DNA of 63,978 bases, counting the filler, from Craspedostauros australis (Eukaryota), in assembly GCA_030167865.1 (NCBI GenBank). It is 6 parts of 6 records of this genome, joined end to end, with 100 filler letters (N's around TTAATTAATTAA, not from the genome) between each part and the next. Parts side by side here need not be neighbours in the genome. Positions count along the whole stretch, not along the records: positions 1 to 22,899 come from JALAGF010004580.1; 5 more parts are not named here. The stretch is one strand, 5' to 3'. Below, in pieces: positions 11,177 to 22,955 of the stretch. The number at the start of each line of letters is the position of its first letter. Within the stretch, counting starts at the first letter, position 1. Both the position numbers and the translations under genes were made by a program. The notes under the pieces were generated by a model. The model worked only from the letters and a program-made list of their open reading frames with translations, was not told where the DNA came from and ran no database searches.

Positions 11177-12994
11177 ATGCCGCAAAACAAGTCGGGCAGC
11201 AGCTCGAAGAACTCCAACAGAGACAGCAAGAACAGAGACGGCAAGAACAACAATGACGCGAAGGCCAAGACAGCGGCTGGTGCGGAGACCATCTCCATCG
11301 CCGTCGGCCTGGACCTGGGCACCTGGAACGCGCGCGTCTCCACCTTCAACAAGGCCGAGGAGAGCCTGAACGGCCCGAGCAACCACAGCACGTCGGGCAG
11401 CAGCAACGCCAAGGTGGGCCCCGCGCTGATCCACAACCACGACGGAGCGCGTGCGACGCGTGCGGCCATCACCATCCAACCCAAGCCGTTCGATGACAGC
11501 GACCCGGACTACGTTCCGCCGCCGCCGGGTCCGCCCAAGGGCATCGTCGGCATCCTCAAGGACGCGGACGAGGCCAAGGAGGACAGGGAGCACACCGCCG
11601 ACTATCTCAAGGGCGTCGTGCTCCAGCTGGCGTGCAATGCGGCGCACGTTCCGTTCGGGCAGCTCGGCGTTGTGGCCAGCATTCCGGCGTTGGCGACCGG
11701 CATGGCCGCTGCGGACGATCAGCACAACGCGGACGAGGACCTGCGTCAGTACATCGCCAAGCTCAGGAGCATCCTGGACAAGAATCTCATCGGCTGCCTG
11801 CTGGAACCTGTCGCTGTCTGCCTGGCGTACTCCTACGCGTTGCCCAAGTCGCAATGCAAGCACGTGCTCGTGGTGGACCTGGGCGCGTCCGGTCTCAAGG
11901 TCTCCCTCCTGCAGCAGTTGCACTTTGGGGCCAACAAGGAGGGTGATGGCAGCAACACCAATGGCAATGGCAGCAGCAATGGCGGTTCCAACAATGCAAC
12001 CAACGGCGACGCAAACAGCACCAGCACCAGCACCAACAATAACGTCACCACCAGCAACAACGGCAGCAGCAGCGCACCTGCCATGTGGTCGCTGCGGTAC
12101 CACGCAACCAACACCAGCGTCTCCGGCCCGCTCCTCATCGAATGCCTCGGCAAGCACGTCGCGCAGCAGTTCGAAACAAAATGCCGCTTCCCGCGCGGCG
12201 AGGTCTGGTCCTCCAAAAAGGCGCGCAGAAAGCTGCAGCGCACGGGAGAGTCCGCCCTCACCACTCTCCTGCAACGCTCCGCCACCACCACGACCATCCA
12301 CATCGACGGTCTATACGAGGGCATGGACTGCCAGGTCTCCGTCAGCAAACCGCGGTGGGAGATGCTATCCTCCTCCTTGGCCAACCAGGTCAAGGCCACC
12401 ATCCAGAAGACCCTGCAGGAGGTCCTCTCCTCCACCGCTGACAACGCCCACCAATGCGACCGCATCGACCAGATCTGGCTCAGCGGACCGCTGCATGCCT
12501 GGATCCAGCCCCTCATCAAATCCGCCTGTCCCAAGGACACCGAGATCGTAGGCTTTTCCTCCACCATCGACCCCTCCGAAGCCGTCGCGCTCGGCACCGC
12601 CATCCACGCCCAGGCCCTTCTCGACAACGACAAGGCCAACAACAGCAGCGATGATACTTTCAGCACCGCCATCCCGGTATCGCCCGTCGCCATCGACATC
12701 GTCCAATCCGCGCAGGCCGAATTCAACGCCGCCTCGCGCCTCATCGACATCGGCACGCCTTTGCCGGCCTTGGCCACGTACCGTCCCACCACCGTCCTGC
12801 AGGAGGAGGAAAAGAAGTCAGACGCCTCCGGGGCCGCGCCGCCGCTCGTCGTGTGGCAGACATCGCCCACGCAAAAGAAGCTCGCCACGCTCAATGTCGC
12901 GGCCTGCACGGGATCCTCCCTCGTGCAGCTGCATCTGTCTGACAAGGGACAGCTCAGCATTCGCATGGGTGGCGACAGCGTCGTGATTGGGTGA
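11177..12994 (+). CDS. Atypical Hsp70-family protein, Ssz1/HSPA14-like (605 aa)
   Basis: VGLDLGT, NHDGARAT, LEPVAVCLAY, VLVVDLGASG, IDGLYEGMD and DPSEAVALGTAIHA correspond to degenerate Hsp70 NBD motifs. The C-terminus is a short beta-rich region with no helical lid or EEVD. Confidence 0.8.
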   Translation: MPQNKSGSSSKNSNRDSKNRDGKNNNDAKAKTAAGAETISIAVGLDLGTWNARVSTFNKAEESLNGPSNHSTSGSSNAKVGPALIHNHDGARATRAAITIQPKPFDDSDPDYVPPPPGPPKGIVGILKDADEAKEDREHTADYLKGVVLQLACNAAHVPFGQLGVVASIPALATGMAAADDQHNADEDLRQYIAKLRSILDKNLIGCLLEPVAVCLAYSYALPKSQCKHVLVVDLGASGLKVSLLQQLHFGANKEGDGSNTNGNGSSNGGSNNATNGDANSTSTSTNNNVTTSNNGSSSAPAMWSLRYHATNTSVSGPLLIECLGKHVAQQFETKCRFPRGEVWSSKKARRKLQRTGESALTTLLQRSATTTTIHIDGLYEGMDCQVSVSKPRWEMLSSSLANQVKATIQKTLQEVLSSTADNAHQCDRIDQIWLSGPLHAWIQPLIKSACPKDTEIVGFSSTIDPSEAVALGTAIHAQALLDNDKANNSSDDTFSTAIPVSPVAIDIVQSAQAEFNAASRLIDIGTPLPALATYRPTTVLQEEEKKSDASGAAPPLVVWQTSPTQKKLATLNVAACTGSSLVQLHLSDKGQLSIRMGGDSVVIG

Positions 12995-13244
12995 AGCGCG
13001 TGATAGCATACGTGCGGTATGCGAGCGAGCGAGACATACGAAAAGTAAAGTAGTACAATAAGCAAAATAGCGGTCGTTGTGGGAGCAGTGTCTGGGTGGA
13101 GGCAACAGATGCTTGCACAATGGATCAAGAGTTGTGGACTCTTATTTTTGTAGGATACAGTATAGTAGCGCATGAACATACACATGGACGTATTACATTT
13201 AACGTGTGTGGAGCTCATCGATCGACTCGTTGCCATGCGAGTAC

Positions 13245-16200
13245 TCAAGACGACGCCGGAATGGGCTGTGGCATTTTACCGCCTGCCGCGTTCTTGCCGC
13301 GTTTCCGATTGCCCTTGCGGCCCTTCTTCTTCTTTGTCGCCTTGCGCTTGGCGTCCTCAACCTCGTTGCGGATTTGGGCCTCGATCTCGTACTGCTCCTG
13401 GATCATCAGCTCCTTCGTCTGGATGGCGCGGAAAGATCCGGCGCGTTCACGCCGTCCGATATACCAGCTGCCTGCCCCCTTGCCGAACGTCTCGTCCTGG
13501 CGGGCCTTGAAGTCGGTCTCCTCCTGCTGGATGTCGCGCAGGCTCTTCGAGGTTGGGGTGGATTTGGTCTTGGGGGTGGCGGGTGGGTGTTCGGGGAATG
13601 GCGACGATGTCTTGATTGGTGGGGGTTGTCGCTTTGCCTTGGGCGTGGACCACGGGGACTTGGATGGTTTGGGCGTCGGTGTCTTGGTGGGGGTCAAGAA
13701 GGCAGCCAAGGAATACGGATCGTCACCGCCACCCGCCTTGGTGGACGGTGATGGTGCAAGCAGATTTGCTGGAACACAGCGTGTGCTCAATGGCTCCGCT
13801 GTGGCTGCTCCTGCTGTCGTTGTGGTTGCCAACGTTCGCGAGGTGCTTGGTGATTTGCGTGATGCTGACATCATCGCGTTCCAACTCCCATGTTGTCCTG
13901 CTTGCAGCTTCGATTGGTGCAAGTGCGGTTGTGATGATGATGATGCCTTCTTCTTGGATGACCTGGGTTGCTTCAACGAGGGGACTGCCATGGTTTTCGC
14001 ACCTCCTTTTCCTTTTCCTGTTGATGCTTTTGCTGTTGCAGCCGTTGTCATCGTTTTGACTGATGGCGACGCCCCTGGCGAGACAACCTTCGATGCCGAT
14101 CGTTGCTCACCGGCCATGATGTCACGCAAGCTCACCTTCGTCCTTATGGTTTTCGGGGTTGGCAGAGTTCCTTTCTTCGTCTTCTTTGACTTGCGGTCCT
14201 GCTCTTGCATGATCGATCGTAGATCACTGGACTTGGTGATGGGGCTGCCGCAAGCTTGCTTCTTGGGCATGCTTGGAATGACGCCGGGACCCGTGGTATG
14301 TGGCGGAGGTGGGAGCGTGTACTTGGGCTTTGGAGATGTGGCTGCTGCTGCTGCTGCTGGCGTTGTTGTTGTTAGTGTCGGTGTCACTGATTTCGGTGTC
14401 GCGGCACTTGCCCAGGCCAATTTGGTTGGCTTGCGATTGGTTGGTTGGACTTCTTGCGAGGTGGACACCATGAGCTGCTGCTTCTGCTTCTGTGCCAAGA
14501 TCGTTGCTGCAGCGGTTGCCTTTTCTGCTTCTGCGGCCTGCGACACGCGATTGCGATGCTTACGACCATTGTTGTGCAAGACGTAGCTGGTCTCGTCCTG
14601 ACATTTCACGCAGCACACCCCGCAGTAGTAGGACTTGGTATTTGTCGTTGTCGTTGCTGCTGGAGCTGTTGCATGTTCGCCATCTTCGGATTGCTGCGAT
14701 GCTGGGTCGGCTTCCTGCTGACTCTTCGTGCCAAGTGTCTTCAAAAGCGTCTTTCCATTCGCGTCTTGAACCTTCACAGCATCACACCCGATAGTAGTGT
14801 TCGATGGTTGCTTCTTGGATGGAATGACGAAGTCGCCCATGCGCTTCTCGACTACTCTCATCGCCTTCTCCAGATAGTCCAGTTTGGTCTGCAGCAAATT
14901 CTTTCGAGTGATTTTGCCGCGCTGTTCGTGCGTGAGATCATTCGTGTCCGATTGCTCCAGCTTGGCGATCTGATTCAACCGCTTCTTGGTTCCGCGGATC
15001 TCCTTGTTGAGCCATTCGAGCTTGCAGTTCGCCAACGTGCTGCTGGAGAGGTCCATGTTGGTCGTGCTTGCGATGATCTGGTCTAAGCTCTCCTTGTCTT
15101 GATAGCTCACGGAGACGGAATTGCCCCTCTTTCTACCGTCTGCAAAGTTGTTGAAAGAAGCGCCGCGTTGGCGACGGGCGCCCATCGAAGAAAGAGCGAC
15201 TTGTGCATCTCTACGAGCTGCAGCACCGGCGGATAGACGAGCCATGTCCGTCATGGAGAGAGAATGGCATGCCTTCACCCATTCCTCGTGAGAGCAGAAC
15301 CAATCCTTGCCGAAGGTGGGTCGCTTGTTGGTTCCCGCATCAATGATGTCCGTGATGAACGGATGGAAGCTGCCGTCTCGGAAGTCAGTGCGGGAGTGGT
15401 ACAGGCTGTCCGACAGCATGTCATCGAGGTACTGGTTCATCACGCTCCTCTGAGCCAAGTTCAGTACTCCATCCAGATTCAAACGGATGAACTCCATGCA
15501 ATGCTTGATCAACGCATGCGACTGTCACGCACGACATGGTATATGTAGAGTAGAGTCCGAGCAGCGTATTGTAACGGAATGTGAGATGTTGTGAGGCGTT
15601 GGGACATGCACATACTCGTACGCACCATACTCTAAACAAGGTCATCGCGTATTGAAACGCGCCATCGCCCTGGTGCCTCCATCCTTACATATTTCCAATC
15701 CCAAGATTCATCCAATCATCTCAATAACCACTCATCAATCTGCACTCACCTCCGTACGTTCCGCAAGTATCAAAATCGGCAGGACGTTGAACAAGTCGAC
15801 ATGCTCAACGATCCGTCTGGTTGCCAAGTGCTCCAATGTATCCATCTCATGGAGCAATGACGGGAACGATGCACCAACCAATACAACGGTGTGCTCCTTC
15901 GCCACCGCCACACTGACGGCGCGATGGATGCCCGGCACTTGCTTGGGGGATGGCAACCACCGTTGGCCTTCATGTCCCAGCACATTCTTGCCATCGGCGG
16001 CGCCCCACGTGTACAACGCACCCGTGTCCGTCACGACGGCCGTATGATGCTCCGATGCGGACAACGCAACGGCGAGGCCACCACCATTCTCGGGCAAAAG
16101 ATCGGTCACCAGCTGCGGCGATGATGGTGACTTGCGTTGTTGGTGCATAGAAGTCGAAGAGGATGACGACTTGTTGGCGTCGCTGTTGGTACGACCGAGG

Positions 16201-18371
16201 CTCTCGGCATGGAATCCCCATGTATAGACATGGCCGTCGCTCGTGATGGCCGCGTTGTGGAACTTGGCGCAGGCGATTGATACTGGATTGCGCACATGCT
16301 TCGTCGACAATCGGTCAGTTGCAAAGTCTTGCTGTTTGGAATCATCGTCGAAATGAACCTTGATGGGGACGTGGTTGCCATGCCCCCAGGAGTAAATCGT
16401 GTTGACATGCATGCCCCTTGAGGCACCGCATAGGACGAGCGTGGATTGGGCCGACGCCGCAATTTGGATCGTTACCTTTTCCGTGTTCCACAAGGACTCG
16501 ACGCGTTGGACCCTTTGAATTCCGGTCTTGCGACTCACACCGAGCTGCCCCGATGAATTGTCTCCCCACACGTAAACCTCTCCACGTCGCGACAGCGCAA
16601 TGGAATGGCGTTCGCCAGCCGCCACAGCAACGCATGGTGCCTGCTTCAAATCTTCGACTCGGCGAGGGAGGTATCGGCAGTTAGCATTCATGTCCGATGA
16701 TGATGATGATGTCGACTTGTTTGTGCTGGTGCCGTTGCTCATTCCGAGTTGCCCGAATCGATTGGATCCCCAGGAATATACTTGACCCTCGGATGTCACG
16801 CACAGAGAGTGATTCTCGGCAGCTGCGACGGCAACCACACGGCGGCGCGACAACGGCCCCGACACCCGCATCGGCAAGGGACAGTGATTTTGGTCGTTGC
16901 CCACTCCCAGCCGACCGCCCTTGCCCAGACCGAATGCATACAGTGCACCATCGCGTTGCACGACGAGGGTGTGATGCGCTGCCGCCGCAACGGCAACCGC
17001 GGACGATAGCCTGCCCACAGTGTCCTGCGCAAACTCCTTGACACGCTGAGGTCGGAAGGAGGCGCTTGCTGCCATGGCCATACCTCCTGAAGTGCTCGTC
17101 AGCTTGGAATCTGCCATTCCACCACCGTGGGATGTACCGGAATGCACGCCCAGCGCACAGTGCTGCGGGCGACCGAATGTGATGACTTCGCACGCGTATG
17201 CGTTGCGGCGCTTTGTTTGCGCATCGCCATCATCATTGTCGCTATCGTCGTTGAGCACATTGATGTTGTCGTTGAGGAAATGGAAGTCATCTTCATTCTC
17301 ATCCTCGCTGTCAGGATGGATCGTGGCATCGAAGCTGGTGCGCCTGTTGCTGCTGAAGGCCGCAGCTGATCTACTGTTGCTACTGCAATAATGGACGGTC
17401 GGCCGGGCGATGGATGCTCTGCAGGCACGCAGTTCCGTTGTCTGCAGCTTCCCCAACAGCTGCAACGGTGTCAAGCCCTCACGATCTTCTTGCGTCATGA
17501 TGGAGCGAATGAGGCATTCTCGCGGATTGTTGACCGACTTCATCGCTCTCGAATCGTTGTTGCCATTGTTAGGTTGTGACATGCTGTCCGTGCGTGATCG
17601 TTGACGTCTGCGTCCATTGCTGGTGTTACTACTGCCATCCCCGTTGCTGAGGGATAAGATCGAAGCGCCGGTATCTTCGGATGTCTGCAAGATATTCATG
17701 GGCCGTTGCACAAAGCGCTCTTGCTCTGTGGAGATATGCCGTAAGAAGAGAAGGATGCGGGGCAGGTCCGCATGGATGATTGCCGAATGCAGCGGGTTGT
17801 ATCCGCTTTCCCATTCCTGATGCAACAAAAAGTCTCGTTGGAATGAGGCCGAAGACATCGACAGCGACAACGATGGTGACGATGACATGGCCATGCTCGA
17901 CGATGGCTTGTTGTCAGCAGATACAGATGCAGCAGATGATGAGGCGGCAATGTTGCTGTGACTGTTCGTTCGCCGACGGTTTGAGGCATTCCCAGACATA
18001 GTCACGGCAACGGACGATGAATGGACTCCAGCATCATCCAACCACCTGGCTCTGTCCAGCAATGATTTCGCGAGAGTGAGATTGGCATGACGATGATGAA
18101 GGAAGGTCATGCCTGAACCACCATCGGTGAGATGGTTGACAATCTGCAGCATGGCCGCCGATGACTGCTGGGCCTGCTTCATTGTCACGCTTGGCGTGCG
18201 AGCTTCATCCTTGTTCCCATTTGCGTTGACAACAGAGTTGGCACCCATGCTAGTACGGGCATTGATGCTATCATTGGTGTTGACCATCGTGGCTGTGGCA
18301 TCGAAGGATTGTGAGTGTCGACGATCTCCGAATGATTCCCCTGACATGGATCTGTACCTCCGGCGCGGCAT
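13245..18371 (-). CDS. IBTK-like ankyrin/RCC1-repeat protein with BACK-like helices, coiled coil and U1/matrin-type zinc finger; 2 exons (18371-15750, 15521-13245), ~1632 aa
   Basis: ESGYNPLHSAI and DREGLTPLQLL are ankyrin-like. Multiple RCC1 repeats (VAAAENHSLCVTSEGQVYSWGSNRFGQLG etc.). GTGAGT donor and CAG acceptor join ERTE|SHALIKHCMEFIRLNLD in frame. Zinc finger YYCGVCCVKCQDETSYVLHNNGRKH and C-terminal SLRDIQQEE-type motifs. Confidence 0.8.
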
Positions 18372-20486
18372 CTTGTTTCTTCTTCGCTTGTCTTGGATGG
18401 TACTGATCCTGCACACGTGATTGGATTTCGAGTGCACGTTTGGAAAGTGACGATCGTGGGGTGCTCCGTGTTGCGTTGTGTTGCTGCTATCTCCCTTCCG
18501 TCTGCTCAACCCGGCTGGTATGGTATGACGCTTGTGCTTCGTGCTCTCTCGAGTACGTGCTGATGCAAGTACTGATACCGAAATATTGGAACAGCACAAC
18601 TTCGTAATCGCAAGCGAAACCACAGTTGAAGTAGTGGCAAAGATGCTCGATTCGGGTTGGCTTCTGTTTTGCCTCGTTTCGTTTGATCACCCTCTCACTG
18701 CGCCTTCCGCAACACCTGGTTTCTGTTCTCGGCGATCTCTCTCTGGAGAGGAGAGTACGTTGCTCCGCTGTGCTATGCTATACTATACTCCAAAGGTCTA
18801 TTCAATCCAATCCAATCCAATCCGAGAGGAGAGCTCAACTGTTGGACGAGCACCGACCAACGTGCAGAACACCAGAGTATGCGTACAGATGGGCGTGGAA
18901 AAGGATGTATGATGCATGATTCATGAATGAATGAGTGATCTGATAGATGGATGCGATGCATCAGTGAATGACTCCATGTAGAGCATAGTAGAGTGGTTGG
19001 ATCTGTCAGCTGATCAATGAGTGGACGAATGGGCGACCAGAGAATTGGACGAAGTAACCAATGAATGACGAAGCAGGCCATCACCAAAGTCATTGAGACT
19101 CTCGCTGGAACTGCCTTCGCCATTGTCATGCTCGTGGATATGCCCATCTTCATCTTCATTGTTATCACCCGTTGTCCATTTCCATCACTCTCCAATCTAA
19201 ACCAAATCAACACGGCACATACCACAAGTGATACTACGGGTATGAGTCCTCTTATGTTGTACTGCTCTGGTCTGCTCTAATCTGCTTTGCTCTTGTTGTG
19301 TCCACAGATGGGGAGGACGTCGACGCCAAATGACAGCACCTCGCGATGACAATACCGACAATGCGTCACCACAACGGCTCCTCGCGAGAGAATCAACTAC
19401 GTTCCGCCATTCCTGTTTGTGTGACGCCAGGATTCTTCCTTTTCGTGTCGGAATCATCGAAATGTCTCATGTGACTCAATCAGGACCTAAGAGGGACTAA
19501 GTATGTTCTTACGCACTTCTCTCCACAGTATCAATTCTACGTGGAACAATTCAGACCTCTTGGTGTCAGTGTCAGGACCTCGTGCTTTGCGAATCACGAA
19601 TCTGCGAATCCGAGATTCCCTCCACAAATTTGAATTTGGGAAAGTCGAAAGATCCAAAGATCAAGTCAAGACGAACACAAACGAAAACGCACAAACGAAA
19701 ACACACAAACACGCACCCACAGTGACAAAGACACCAACATCAACGGCGAAAGGAATCTTGGGCAACACACAAACGGTAACAAGGGAGAGAGAAGAGATCG
19801 TTGGTTGGGATGACATCCCCACTGCAGATGCGGCCGCGCCATTCATGCAGTTGAAAGGATTCGTTCTTTTGGCTGCGTGCGTTGTCGCTGCCGTCGCCAG
19901 CCCAGTTGCAGATGGAGTTGAGGAGACAAGATATCCATGGGCGATACTGTGTCAGTTGATGTCGTTGGAGTTGGCAGTGGCAGTGGCAGTGGCACTGATA
20001 GCTCGAAGTGACACTGTTGGTACGGTAGATCAGGAGGCATTCGATAGGTCCGACTTCAATTAGACGATCTACTTTGGCGCTTCAAGTGTAGCTTCCAACG
20101 AGTCCGACCAACCACATTACAAGGCAGCTCGCAACGACAGAAACGAAGGCATGAGTGAAGGCTGCCGACACTTCCGGCCAGCTCCATGGACAGTGAGTCA
20201 CAAGGACACTCTTCAATGAGCGTGCGCCGATCCAACACGCACAACAGGGTGATGTCACAAGTTCTGACGATCTTCACGTCCTGGTCGTTTGTTGATGAGA
20301 AGGTATCATGCCATTCACTGCCATTCACCATCATTCGCCGTCATTCGTCACCCATCGTCATCCATTGCCATCATCCTTCCATCATCTTCTTCCACCAAGC
20401 TTCCAATGCTCCATGGGCAGCGACCATTCCCGTATACAAGATTGCAGAGGCTGCATTCACTGGATGGCCGGCTGGTACGACGGAAA

Positions 20487-20511
20487 GATGGATGGATGGA
20501 TGGATGGATGG
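20487..20511. repeat. (GATG)n microsatellite
   Basis: gatggatggatggatggatggatgg read directly. Confidence 0.85.
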
Positions 20512-21460
20512 ATAGATGTGACTGTGTCATGCATACGAGAGTGGAGAAAGGTGAGAGACAAGAGAAAAGAGAAACGGGGGACCTGGACTTCTGTGCGTCT
20601 CTGTGTTCATGTGTCTGTGTGTCCTTGTTTCTGTCTTTCTGTGCTCCCATCTTTCTTCTCCCGTTCCGTGCGGATCTCAATCTTTGCGGTGTTCCTGTGA
20701 TACCGGCTCAGCTGTCGCTCATCAATGACATCATCAATGACATCATCGCCGGAACTAACTCCGCCATCACTCGTCGCATCGGCTCCACTCTGCAGCCATC
20801 GCCACTCCGCGGATCATCAACATCCAACCCCCCAAGATCACACAGGCATCCGCAAACGACTTGGGAGTGATGTGATAGAAGTATCATCACGAATGGCCAA
20901 CATGTCATGACTTTCACAAGTGACACACGCTCTCCCAACAAGCGATGAGTGCCTGGCGACCACATTTTCTTTGCATCCGACAGCCATCACCAAACAACCA
21001 ACTCAGACAGCTCAAACCTTTCCGACAATGTACACATCAGCAGAACCGTATTGGTCTTGATTGTGCGGGAGATCATGCATTGGGTCTTCGCCATCAGGCT
21101 CCTTGCGCTTGCACGTACACCTGTGCCTGTGCTTGCATCTATGCCTGCAACTTGCGCTTGTGCTTGCGATTTGCCGACCACACACCGCCGCAGTCACAGC
21201 CACGGTTGCGGTCACAAACGCAACCACAAGCGCAACCAAGCAGTCTTACAAGATCACGATCATAGCGGACGCGCATGATTGGCACAGGTCTTGCACATGT
21301 GTAAGTATGCGTGAATGTGCGTACGTTTGTTTGGATTTTTATGTATCTATTCCGTTTTATGTACTGGTGCTGTATTGTGTATTGTTGAAGGTGGAGGAAA
21401 CAGACCGAGAAACGCTTCCTTCATGGATGCCGATGACCGACGATGCTACCCGGAATGCGC

Positions 21461-22189
21461 TCAGTCCATCTTGAAGTCAACCACGTGACAGGCAGCCTCC
21501 TCGGCATCTCCCAGACAGTCCGGGTAGCTGGTCACGAGTTCCTTGTACGCCTTGGTGCAGGTCTCCGCCATCCTCTGGGTGTAGTCGGCGATGTGGGCCA
21601 CTGGGGCTGCGCTTTCGTCGTTCTCCTTATCTTCATCCTCGTCCTGCAATCTGCGGCGGGTTCCTGGGTAGTTGACGCAATAGTTGCAATCGGAGTAATA
21701 GACGCAGCAGGTGAACTGCATGACCGCGTCGGTGGTGTGGCACATCTGCGGCACCCATGGCTCGCAGATCTGCAGACGGCGGCGGTTTCTGTGCTCCTGT
21801 GGAGCAACCTCATCGATGGCGGCACCACCGCGCAGGTTGGATGCGTGATGATTGTGCACAGCGGCGCGGACGTCACTGGCGTGGTCTGCTGCTTCGTCGA
21901 GGTTGCGGCGATCTCCTGGATGGCTGCTTCCCATGTATTGTGGACCACCTGCGAGGATGGTGTCATCGAAGAGATGGTCGGAACCTTCGCCGGCGCAGGT
22001 CTTGATCATCGACTTGATGAGGCCGCGGATGGCTTCCATGCGGTACACAGTGCACTTCTCGTTGGGGAGGCTTGATGGTGGGCAAGTGACGATGAGTTCG
22101 TTGGCGGCAGACACCATGGTGGTGGTTGCTGTCATGTTGAGAATGAATGCAGCGGCGAGGGCGAATCGGGACATGGTGAGGAAAGTCAT
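21461..22189 (-). CDS. Secreted cysteine-rich proprotein with three RxL-type processing sites (242 aa)
   Basis: Hydrophobic N-terminus (MSRFALAAAFIL...VSA), sites DRRNL, RNRRRL and TRRRL, an NLRG motif and 12 Cys arranged 3/6/3. Strong C/G-ending codon usage like other genuine genes here. Confidence 0.8.
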   Translation of the reverse strand: MTFLTMSRFALAAAFILNMTATTTMVSAANELIVTCPPSSLPNEKCTVYRMEAIRGLIKSMIKTCAGEGSDHLFDDTILAGGPQYMGSSHPGDRRNLDEAADHASDVRAAVHNHHASNLRGGAAIDEVAPQEHRNRRRLQICEPWVPQMCHTTDAVMQFTCCVYYSDCNYCVNYPGTRRRLQDEDEDKENDESAAPVAHIADYTQRMAETCTKAYKELVTSYPDCLGDAEEAACHVVDFKMD

Positions 22190-22416
22190 GTTTGCTTACT
22201 TTGCTTGTTTGTGTTTGGGTGGTGAGTTGTTGTTGTTGTGTGCTTGTGGTTTGTTGTTGCTCGGCGTTTGCGAATTATGAGAATAAGGAAGTGATCGAAG
22301 TCGATTCAACACATGCTGATCTAACGCTGAGTTGAATGTGATGATGGTGCTGCGCATTAAACAACACACTATCCGATGTGATTCTGTACTATGGCTCGTA
22401 CGAGTACGACTCGGCA

Positions 22417-22452
22417 TGGGTTGGTACGTGGGTTGGTACGTGGGTTGGTATG
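22417..22452. repeat. Short tandem repeat, 12-bp unit TGGGTTGGTACG (~3 copies)
   Basis: tgggttggtacg tgggttggtacg tgggttggtatg, upstream of the secreted proprotein gene. Confidence 0.8.
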
Positions 22453-22943
22453 TGAGTTGCAGTGAGTCGACATGAGATGGCACCAACGCGAATCCACCTA
22501 CCTCCTTTACTCCGATACAACCGCCGGCCGAATCCAAACCAAGATGGACGCTGTCCGCGACACTCAACCAAGAACACAAAGTGAGCATGCAGCGGTGGAG
22601 CCACAAGAGAGTGCAGGAGAGGTAGTCGAAGTACCGATGGATGGAGTACCTGAACATCCCCTCCGTCCAAGATGATACCACACCATACTAATACAACAGT
22701 GTAGAGTGGAGTATTTGACTCCTACTTGACTCGCACATGACCAAGACCAAGACCTCACTTTCATCATGTCTTTTCCTGCTTCGTTCTCGTTTGTGGCCTT
22801 GGTCCATCGGCGCCTCGGCAGGTGCGGACGGGTGGCGCCTGCGCGTCCCTTGTCGCTCGCCCCTCCGCTGCCATTCACTACCATTCACTACCATTCACTN
22901 NNNNNNNNNNNNNNNNNNNNNNNNNNNNNNNNNNNNNNNNNNN

Positions 22944-22955
22944 TTAATTAATTAA
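22944..22955. other. Artificial scaffold linker TTAATTAATTAA within N gap (also 50584-50595, 58309-58320, 60320-60331, 62572-62583)
   Basis: Identical palindromic 12-mer with stops in all six frames, always flanked by ~44 N on each side. Confidence 0.95.

Noticed and set aside
11048..14586. Long antisense/overlapping ORFs (11048-12301, 11833-13248, 13096-14586; likewise 6961-8148, 35406-36170, 37652-38815, 47515-48291)
   Set aside because: Shadow ORFs expected opposite GC3-rich real genes; they carry no motifs of their own.
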